DNA of 63,636 bases, counting the filler, from Collodictyon triciliatum (lineage: Eukaryota): NCBI GenBank assembly GCA_043381765.1. It is 7 parts of 7 records of this genome, joined end to end, with 100 filler letters (N's around TTAATTAATTAA, not from the genome) between each part and the next. Parts side by side here need not be neighbours in the genome. Positions count along the whole stretch, not along the records: positions 21,141 to 31,605 come from JBHJMP010002665.1; positions 31,706 to 42,184 come from JBHJMP010002666.1; 5 more parts are not named here. One strand, given 5' to 3'. Below are positions 24,147 through 34,800 of this stretch, in pieces. Positions within the stretch are counted from its first letter, which is position 1. The number at the start of each line of letters is the position of its first letter. The translations under genes were made by a program, and so were the position numbers. Below the pieces are notes generated by a model. The model had not been told where the DNA came from and made no database searches. It saw only the letters and a list, made by a program, of their open reading frames with translations.

Positions 24147-27100
24147 ATGACTTCTATATTGGAGGTCGGACAAATAATTCCTCGTAATATCGGGATGCAA
24201 GTCGTGTTTTTTTTACTCGCTATTGGTATGATATGCCCTGCCACACCTATGGAGGAAGCCTGTCGGTATAAGACACCTTTACTTGTGGACAGCGTTTTGA
24301 TGTTTGAAACAACCCTAACCCTGAGGAGCCGTGTACTGTCGGGAACAGAGGGGTATATGACCGTTGGTTCAGTTTATGGAACTAACGAGAATTCTTCATT
24401 AGTGACACGCATTCATTTGCTAACTAATGAAAACAACTGTTGGCAGCGCTCGGAGGAGCTCCACGGTCCCAAAATTGATAAAGATGATGTGCTTTTCACA
24501 TCTATTGCATCTAATGGCAATTTAATCGTAGTTGGTGGTGCAAGTCAGAAGCAGGATATCAGTTTTGTTTACCCCTATGTGCGAACCAACTCCACTTGGA
24601 CTGCCTTAGCCTTGATCACAAGGCCTTATAATAGCTGCTTTGGGAAAAAAATCAGCATAGATAGCAATTTTATCGTTATCGGTGCTCCAGGAATTGATGG
24701 GGCATTCGGACAAGTTGAAGTCTACAAGTGGGAAGATAAAGGAATGGCAATGGTTTCAGTTATTTGCCAAGCGCTTCCAGACGGTCTTGGATCGTCTATT
24801 ACCCAGAATACAAATTACCTTGTGATTGGGGCACCTAAATTCCGGGATGGAAGAGGAAATATTCTCATTCTTACGAAAGAAAAGGGTGATACTTTAGGAG
24901 TGCCTGAGAACATTGTTCCGAGATCTCAATGGACAGGTGGATTTGGATACTCTGTGGCTATTGCGGCACAATCGACGATGGCAATTAGTTGCTATTCCTG
25001 CGGCTATATGAGTATCTTTGTTAAAATAATACAGATATGGACAGAAGAATCTAGAATTGCAATCGAAGATGGGACTATAGGTGCACTAGTCATTTCGATC
25101 AATGGTGCATTAGTAACAAGAAGTCATCTCCAACAAAAGCTGAAAGTTTATGCGTGGTCCAAAGGAGAACTTTTTCTTCATCGCTCATATACATGCGTGG
25201 CCGATATTTGCTGCCTGGAGGAATTAGGAGCTGAATTATACTTATCAGATGACTCTATTTCACACAGCCTTCAAAGGAGATGCCTGAGAGACAAAAAAGG
25301 GGGTTTCAATCCAGGTAAATCATATAAACATGTACAATTGGGTTTGGACTTAAAGTCCGTGTAGCAAGAGCATATTTATAATTAATGCTTAAACAAATAA
25401 TATGCAAACCTGTCCATCCGTAATGGACAAATTCGAATATTCTTATATTAGTAACACTATTTAACACTATAAAAAGGACAACCGGACAAACACACTATGG
25501 TAAACCAAGAGCTGCGCAACCTCTATTTCCCCTCATCCAATACACTGGAAAATAATTATACTGGTAACATATGTTTCTATACGATTATAATTGAATTCGA
25601 ATGTTACAACCTTCTATAGTAATTATTTATTTAACAGTATGCTGTCTATTTTGTGTATTACAGATCACCATAGAGAAGAAGGTTATAATACGATTTTGGA
25701 ATCTATTCAGAGTAAACCAATAGATATAGACACCAAAGCAGTTGGAGCCACACATGTTTCAAATTGCTTTAAAGTTGAGGGTGAAGCCGCGCCGGAGAAA
25801 TGTGAGGACCACTCTCGTATGCATAAAATCTCTAAAGCAGTTGGCAGAAATCGTTTAACGCAGTCAAAGTTTTCAGGCGCCACAAAATTAGATGTCGTGA
25901 AATTCCAGCTTCCCCTGCGGCCTACTCAAACTGAATCGAAGATGATTAAATCCATCGAAAATACCTCAATCTCAACATCTTATTCAGAGTCTGAGTCAAA
26001 ATATGATATCTCACCGTCCCTTTCAAATTCTCATTCATATTCCGAAAGCAGATTTGACATCCCATTAATTGCTTCAACTTCCCAAAAATCGACAATCATA
26101 GAATCTGATTCAAGGATTGAGGCATCTACGCCTTTTTCTGATTCCTTTTCTGAGAGTAAGGTAATCTCGTCATCAACGTCTCGTGCATCATACCATTCTC
26201 CAACGACTAGCGCAGATGAATCAGAAAATAGAATTTCTGCCTCACCTAGCCACCCACATACCGAAAGCAAAGTAATAACACCATCATCGTCAAGCTTTGC
26301 TATCTCTCAATACACCACAAAAACAGAATCGGAATCAGAGACCGAAAGCGAGTCCCAATCAAAATCAGATTCTGTCACACCTAGTCAAACCACTTCCGGG
26401 AGTGTATCAAAGACAGCCTCACTAAGTCCAACACGTTCCCCAAAGCTGAGTACTACAAGGACTGCCTCATTCAGTCATCCGTATACGGAAAGTAAATTAC
26501 GAACATCATCAATAAGCCCACCCATTCCTCAATACACCACAAAAACAGAATCGGAATCAGAGACCGAAACCAAGTCCCAATCAGAGTCAGATTCTGTCAC
26601 ACCTAGTCAAACCACTTCCGGGAGTGTATCAAAGACAACCTCAGCAAGCCCAACACGTTCCCCAAAGCTGAGTAATACAAGGACTGCCTCATTCAGTCAT
26701 CCGTATACGGAAAGTAAATTACGAACATCATCAATAAGCCCACCCATTTCTCAATCCACCACAAAAACAGAATCGAAATCAGAGACCGAGTCCGAGTCCG
26801 AATCAAAATCGGGTTCTGTCACACCTAGTCAAACCACTTCCGGGAATGTATCAAAGGTGCCTCTGCAAAGCTTAACATATTCAAAATCATTAATAGAAAA
26901 AAAGTCAGAGTCTTCGTATGAACCTCTAACTAGACCATTTTCAGAGAGTAAAATGTTTCCATCGCGCACCAATCACTTGTCTGTAAGTTATACGAATACT
27001 GACTTGAAATCTTCACGTGCAGATTCTAACTCTAGATCAAAATCGGAGTCTAATAGTCATATGCACTTTAAGTCCACAGTAGCGCATGACTCAACAACTA

Positions 27101-30100
27101 TGGAAAAAACATTTACAGGGTCACCGTCAACATCTCATTTTTTCTCAGATTCAGATACATATCAGTCTGAAACACTATATATTAGGTCCAATTCGCCCAG
27201 TATTTCTCTTATGCATTCGTTCAAGAGTCAGTCTAACACTAAAACGGAGTCAGATTTTATCTCAAGATCCGAAAATTCCAATACAAAATCCCAATCGCAA
27301 TCCCAATTCAAGTCTCAATCTCAGTCTCAGTCTCAGTCTCAGTCTCAGTCTCAGTCTCAGTCTCAGTCTCAGTCTCAGTCTCAGTCTCAGTCTCAGTCTC
27401 AGTCTCAGTCTCAGTCTCAGTCTTGCCTTTTAAGTGGACATATAAATAAATGCGGATTTTGTGGGCCCGAAGAAGCAGAAGCGACATTAACATATAAATT
27501 CTCTCCAATTACAGGTGGTTTTTTGAATGGTAAATCACTGAAAAAAACACATTGGGCATACAAGACAAATATAACAGGGATATCTAAAGCATATCCAAGT
27601 GCTTCGTTGAGTGTGTCACTTGGGGAAGTGTCTACCACAGTTGACTCTCTCATTGCGGGAAAGGTGATACCTACTAAGCCTGATGGGTTGCTGATTTCCA
27701 AAGATGTATACATTTCCAGCCCTACACTTACCATTCGAGCATGGCTCGTCGGCACAAGAGGTGAAACTATGAACCAAGGGGGAGGGATATACGCGCATAT
27801 CATCGAGTATCCCGACTTACAGTCAAGTTGCATTTATGATGGAATGTCTCCGTGTTTAGTGAGTATTGATATCCCTCCTTCATATTTTTCTCAGTTCAAT
27901 AACTCTGCCACGGTCAAGCTTTTATTTGGCTCGGAACATACAACACTGGACGAGGCTACTCTTGTCGGATTGCCAATGTACAGCGATAACCCAAGGACTG
28001 GAATGAAGCTTCAGTTGCCCCAGCAGCCAGTTCTTTCATCATCATATTTTTCATCGACTCTGACAGCTTTTACTGACGGTCAAATATTGGAAGGGTTTAA
28101 TATAGTAATATCCATACCCTCTGATATTGCGACAGTTGAGAGTATTACAAGTTCGGGGTCATTTACGGGAGCAACAAATATACGATCATCAGATGCAACT
28201 CTAGTTTGGACCAGACAAAGTGGCGTTAGTGATATGATGGTCACAGGAGCAATTAATATTGCAGCAATAAAATGGAAGGTAAAAGATGTCCCTGGTGATG
28301 CAACTGGACAAGTAAAATTCCTAATCAAGCAAATGACCGATGTACAAAACGTACCCATAGTGGAAGACTCATCACAGGGAGATGTCTTCGACATGAAAGG
28401 TTCATCCAAAGTGGGGTTTATTTTTGTTTCTCGAGACGAAGTGCGTGGGCATTTTATTAGGACATTACATAATGATATCGTCAATACTGCTGTACTGAAT
28501 GGAGGCATAATCAGTGGTAGCGTGATTTTGTACGAATATTACCAATACCAAAGTCAGCAGGACATAAGTGAGACATCTGAGTGCACCAGCGATAATCCTG
28601 AGATTGTTAAAACACTCGGATGTCGAATATTACTTAACGGAACAGAAATGACTGGGGCAGAATCTGTTATTCTGCGTTACAAGGATGCAAAGACAAGTAT
28701 TCGTGTTTGGTATCCTATGAATGAGATAAAATTGAGAGTAGATGACTCTACACTGAATCGGATATCGAAATACAAAACAAAAAGTTGTTCGAAAGAAGAA
28801 TTTCAAAAAACCCGCCTTTTTGCAAGTGTAGAGTTTTGGAGTGGAGATGATTTATTTGAAGGGGATATATCAGAGCTGATTACTTTTGTGAGTTCTGATA
28901 CAAACGTTGCTATTGTTGATGGAAACCTTGTAAGCGCACTAAAAGTGGGGCATGTGTTTGTTTATGCATTTGGCTATGCATCAAATGTAGTGGCAATAAG
29001 AGTGACTGACGAGCAAGTTTTCTTGAAAAAAATACAGCCTATTGTCTACACAGACCTGAAAGTTTCGTTTGGGAGCTTTGGACCCGAGCTTCTGACTAGC
29101 ACTATTAGATATGTAGACACTGAAATAATTCAAGCACTAGATTTTGAGGGGAAAATAGCACACATATCTGTTTATGGAGTCCTCTCTGACGGAAATCGTC
29201 TGGAAATTAGTGAAAAAGACGGCTTAATCTTTTCTAGTACAGACCCTAATATTATTGAAATATTCAATTATCCTCCCAGGGTTGTTGCCAAGAGTAGTGG
29301 CTGTGGTTATTACGTTAATGCGACGCTGTCTCTTTGTGGTAATACTATCTTGGAGGGATATGGTTTGGTAAAGCTGGATTTACCGAGAATCACACAGATT
29401 GACGTGTCTGTAGATAGCAGCAAAATTACATCAAAAAGTGACCTTTCGTCAACCATAGGGATACCAACCGAGGGAAATTTGAAAGTAAGATGCTTGTTCG
29501 AAAACGGAGTTTGGAAGGATTTTACTCTGGACCCACGAACAAGATATAGTACTGAAAATAAACACTCTAACAGAACCGTAGAAATAAAAGATAATATGGA
29601 AGGAGATTCAAAAATAGGTGTCTACGTTGTTGCCACAGGAACGACATTCGGGAAAGAAACCATACTTGTGACAATAGCAGATATTGCGGATATGAAAGGA
29701 AGAGTAAGCATTCAAGTAATAGGGTTTTCCGAACTAAAATTATTCTCACACCCTTATCCTTCATACTCTGGATCTAAAGATGTAATTTTAAAGAAACTTC
29801 ATCGGTACGAATGTACACAAGTGTACCAACAGTCAAGTCTGGCGATGTATATGATTTTATCAGATGGATCATATTTTGATATCACAGGACTCTCGTTTTC
29901 AGCGTTCTCTATTCAGGGCAAAAACACTGATATCGCTGAGGTCGTAGGCAAGAATGTCATAAGGCCTATAGGAAATGATTTTGGAGAAATACTTGTGGTA
30001 GGTTCCTACTCCAGCGCCAGTACAAACCTCACAATTGAGGTCACCAATCGAGGTCTTAATGCTAGCAAAATAATCACAAGTTTTCCTGGAACATTTTCTG

Positions 30101-31605
30101 GGATTGCGGAGCTTTCAACTCAGCAACTGACATCATCAGGAATATTTCTGGATGGAACCAAGCACCCATCAACACATACCATCTCTGGACTACTAGTTTA
30201 TTCCAGTGATGATGATCGATCCATAATTTTGGATTCTTCTGGCAAAGCAAGAATTAAAAAAAACTCACAGGGGATTGTAAGAGTCCAGGCATCAACATGT
30301 TACGGAGCCATGGGCTTCTCTGACACATTCGCAAATTTGACTCCTGATGTTGGAGATATTGATTTAGGCAACACAAAAGGTCAAGTTTTTGACGATATGG
30401 TAGTCGGATCATCCAAAATTGTACCTATCCGAGTTAATTGTGGGACAAATAGATTTGGTAGCCTCGACCTAATTCTTCAATATAACGAAAGTACCATAAA
30501 AGTTAGTTCCTATAGCAGTGGTAGCCAATGGCCCGGAGGGCAGTTAGAAATCACCATAAATGATCCTCCGGGATTAATCCGCATTTTGGGAGCTGCAAGT
30601 GCGTCATCGAGCTCATCAGGGATATTGGAAATTGCAAAGATTGTGATTGAGATGACACAGGAAGAAGGGTCCCAGCTAGACGGAGAAATTATAAAGCTTT
30701 TATCAAATGACGCAACCACAACTCCAATCGGAGGCTACCTTGGACCTGGTGACCGACGAAAAATAATTGCTGGAAGCGCATGGTTGAAAGGGGTCGGAGG
30801 TGGTAGAACAATAAGGGGGCCGAGGAATAATTCGGTGCAAGCAGTCAAAACTACAAAGACACAATCTGCTTTGTCAAGACAAACTGTGAATTGTGAACCA
30901 TCAAAAATTATGGGCAACACAGATGGAGATTGTGAATTCTCGGTTGCAGATGTACAATTTGCTCTTCGCTATCTTGCAGGATTAGTCAGCGAACCTCTTG
31001 ATTCGTTTCAATTGCGCATGCTGGATGCTGATGGAAACGGAGCCGTGCAAGTGCAGGACGCTATCTATCTCATTCGTGTTTTGGCGAACAAATGGAGATT
31101 TTTTCATTTTAGCCTTATATCTCCTACTACATATAATTCCTTCGCACGAATACAAATTGATTCCATGAATGCTGATATGAATTATTCATTTGTGAAAACT
31201 TCCTATCGATTACTATTGCTTACTTCGAAGAACATGGACATCAAGATAACCAGGGGAATAGATTTGGTGAAAAGTCATGGTATAGTTTCACTGGAATGTG
31301 AGAACATGAACAATGGGAGTTTTTTGATGGAGGGCCGTGTTTTTCATAGAGAAAAAATTGGGGTTTCGATAAAATTAACCACATATAATACTTTGGGGGC
31401 AACATCAAATGACCGTGAAGTGACATTCTACCAAGGTGTTGGAGGAAACTTAATACCCTTTCAGCTTATTGACGCTGACTATGAAACGGAAGAAAATAAA
31501 ACTCAAACTCAGTCTCAGTCTCAGTCTCAGTCTCAGTCTCAGTCTCAGTCTCAGTCTCAGTCTCAGTCTCAGTCTCAGTCTCAGTCTCAGTCTCAGTCTC
31601 AGTCT
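24147..31605 (+). CDS. Giant secreted/surface protein: signal peptide, FG-GAP propeller, Ser/Thr stalk, TMEM132-like cohesin+Ig array, second cohesin, dockerin; 3' end truncated by contig end
   Basis: ORF 24147-25314 (signal-like MQVVFFLLAIGMICPA from 24195; FGKKISIDSNFIVIGAPG, LVIGAPKF, FGYSVAI) joins ORF 25664-31605 through a phase-1 GT-AG intron at 25315-25663. TMEM132 motifs include DIVNTAVLNG, DISETSECTSDNPEIVK, LNGTE..G, VWYP..IKLRVDDSTLNRI and GVLSDG...SSTDPNII...PRVVAKSSGCG. Cohesin-like at about 30400-30790, dockerin-like at 30913-31086. Confidence 0.82.
26305..26856 (+). repeat. Coding tandem repeat, 222-bp (74-aa) unit, about 2.5 copies
   Basis: CAAT(A/C)CACCACAAAAACAGAATC recurs at 26308, 26530 and 26752. 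Confidence 0.92.
27313..27423 (+). repeat. (TCTCAG)n coding poly-(Ser-Gln)
   Basis: Hexamer repeat in frame with the large ORF. Confidence 0.95.
31506..31605 (+). repeat. (TCTCAG)n coding poly-(Ser-Gln) at contig end
   Basis: Hexamer repeat at the assembly break. Confidence 0.95.
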
Positions 31606-31705
31606 NNNNNNNNNNNNNNNNNNNNNNNNNNNNNNNNNNNNNNNNNNNNTTAATTAATTAANNNNNNNNNNNNNNNNNNNNNNNNNNNNNNNNNNNNNNN
31701 NNNNN
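31606..31705. other. Artificial contig spacer
   Basis: 44 N + TTAATTAATTAA + 44 N. Confidence 0.97.
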
Positions 31706-31810
31706 CCCCCCCCACCGTGGAAAATTATTTAAAACAAAAAAAAAAAAAAAAAAAAAAAAAAACACTAATTGCCTGCATGATGAGTAACCTTTTTCATTTT
31801 GCTTGTACAG

Positions 31811-34800
31811 ATAACATGCATTCCCAATTGGCTCTGCGATATGACACTCATAAGCACTCTCGACCTATCAAAGAACGAAGTAACTTCTTGCATATAATTA
31901 CCATTAACATGTATCGTCAACCATTTTACAATTCAGACCATGTACTATAAATAATTTAACAACTATTTAAGATATCTTCACTGCCCGAAAAGATCACTAA
32001 AATGAAAAGGCTCAAGACACTTTTCATAAGTTCGTTGGAGGTTTTTTTTTTTTTTAAAAAAAAAAGAAGATATATTCATGAATGGAAGCAATCAAAAATA
32101 AATATATCACGCAATAATTGACTCATAATATCCTTTTTAAAATGAAAAAATAGATTGATAAATTTCCAAAACAACTCACGTCGATGACTTGGATGGCTCG
32201 TCTTGACATATCAAACAATAATGTAAAATTTTTACAAGACAATACAAAACACAAACATTTCCATTTCATTATTTGTATTCTTAATCGTGATGTGGTACTT
32301 AGGTAGGAAACTTATATATTTTTTTTGTCTAGATTGATTTTATACCAGAGGCAATAGCTTCGATGGTAGAACTGAAGTCACTCCGTTTAAGCCACATCGG
32401 GGTTGTTAATCATGATGCATCAATAAAACGATAATTTTTGAAAAAAATTCCTCCTCTCTGCATTATTCTAAATATTTTTTTCAAATAATAATAATAATAA
32501 TAATGCAGCTCTCGAGCATACCCACACAAATCTATTCGATGACTTATCTTGAGGAATTAGATCTATCCAAAAATCAAGTTGGTAAACAGAGTCCGTGCTA
32601 TAACAAGTCCACTTTGAATCATCTGCTCGCTTCATATCTTAAAATTTCTCATAAATAAATTTTGTAGATATCTACGATAGCTAGCATGTCATACATGACA
32701 AATTTACAAAGACTGGATATGAAGCATAACAGCTTTCCTTACCACACACAAGAATTTCTGAATGCAGCAGATATGACTGCCCAGAAAATAGAATTTTCTC
32801 GTAGGAGCCTTAGGGACGTTCCATATGAGCTTGTTTTACTTCCTGCTAAATCATGGAGAGTGAGCCTAGCTGGGAACATGGTATTTAGAATGGGAAGAAC
32901 AAGAAGAAGAAACCTTTACAAAATTACACTCTTGCATCACGACTATCATATGAGCAATTTGCTTATTCATATATCAATTCTTCATAGCTATCAATTGTGC
33001 CTGATTGGATATATGAGGCCTCATCTATACAAGAAATCGATATATCGAACAATCAGGTTTGTTTCTACCTTTCTTTTCTTTTCTTTTCTTTTCTTTTCTT
33101 TTCTTTTCTTTTCTTTTCTTTTCTTTTCTTTTCTTTTCTTTTCTTTTCTTTTCTTTTCTTTTCTTTTCTTTCTTTCTTTCTTTCCTTCTTTCCTTCCTTC
33201 TTTCTTTCCTTCCTTCCTTCCTTCATTTTTATGACTTTTTGATTGATTTGTTTACATTTCTTTATTCCTTTCGGCCCTTCCAAAATGTATGAAGCAAGAC
33301 TCTTGAATTCAAAATTTTATATGCAACATATGAATAGATTTCCTCTCTACCAGAGGGGTTATCAAATTTGAGGAACCTTAACACATTGACTGCCAGCTCA
33401 CTAATGGTCTGAACACTCGGCAAATCAAATTTGATGAGTCAGTCGCAAGTTTTCATTCTGCTAATCTACTCTTTACTATCAGCTAACAAGCATCCCTGAC
33501 TGGTTGTGTAGAATGACATGCATAGAGTCTCTGGACCTTTCGAAAAATCTAGTATTTATAATCTATCGCATAATTAATTATATATATTTTAAACCCAAAT
33601 GTAAAAGTGTTCGCTTTCCCACTAATTAGATTATTTTCCCCCCTATAAAAGATTTCAGAGATACCTGACATTGTAGCCAATCTAGTCAATCTTAAAACCC
33701 TAGATATTTCTAATAACGAGGTAATTAAAGCCATTCCGTATATATGAATAAGAAGAAAAAAAAGAATGAATGGATCCTCAAATGTCTTTATGCGATAAAG
33801 ATAATAACCCCCCCCCCCCCCCGTGATTTAGCTGGAAAAGATGCCGCCTGTCATAGCAAGTATAAAGGGACTTAGAAATGGGTTGAGTTGTTCGGGTAAC
33901 CCATTAAAAAACATTCCACATAATGTCGTCAAACAAGGACCAATGGCTGTATTTGATTTTTTGGTCGCATTAATTGGAGGAAGTATAAAATGGATGCAAG
34001 GAAGACTTTTGTTGCTCGGTGAGGGAATGGTTGGAAAAACCACTCTAACAAAGTCTATGGCACATAATTTTGAGAGAGAATCATTCAAAAACACAACCGA
34101 CGGCTATAGAGAAAGAACAGACGGGATTGTCCACGTCGATATTGATGACATTATTGTTGGAGATTCAATAGATCCTATATCAATAAAAATCTGGGATTTT
34201 GGAGGGCAAGAGGAGTTCCAAATAACACACCCCTTCTTTTTGTCATCAGGCGCATTGGTTATGATTCTGTATCGCCTCGATTTAGGAAAGGACAAAAACA
34301 ATATTGGGCGTTGGATATCCATGCTTGATAACTTCGCACCAGATTCCAAAATAATCATAGCAGGAACTCACTTAGACGTTGAGGAGAAGATTAGTTCAGA
34401 TGAAATGAACAAGGAAATTAAAAAAATCGTGGAACAAAACAAGAATCACAAGTTTATTCACTCCAATATTAAGCTCAGCAACAAAAATGGAATTGGTGTT
34501 GCAGACCTGAAGCATATCATTTACCAAGGAATGATGGAATTAGAGAACGTAAATAACCAAGTTCCAAATTCTTACGTGCGTCTAAAAGAATACCTAGAGT
34601 ATATTGGGAAGACGACCAAATATGAAAGCATTCAGCTTATATATTCTTTTGCAGAAAAAACTCTTCAGATGAGCACGCACCAATGCGAAAGCGCTCTCAA
34701 ATTCTTGAATGATTTGGGCTCTATTGTTTGGTATTCATCGTTTGATGGAATTAAAGAAGTCGTATTTCTGGATCCACTCTTCCTCATCAATATATTCCGG

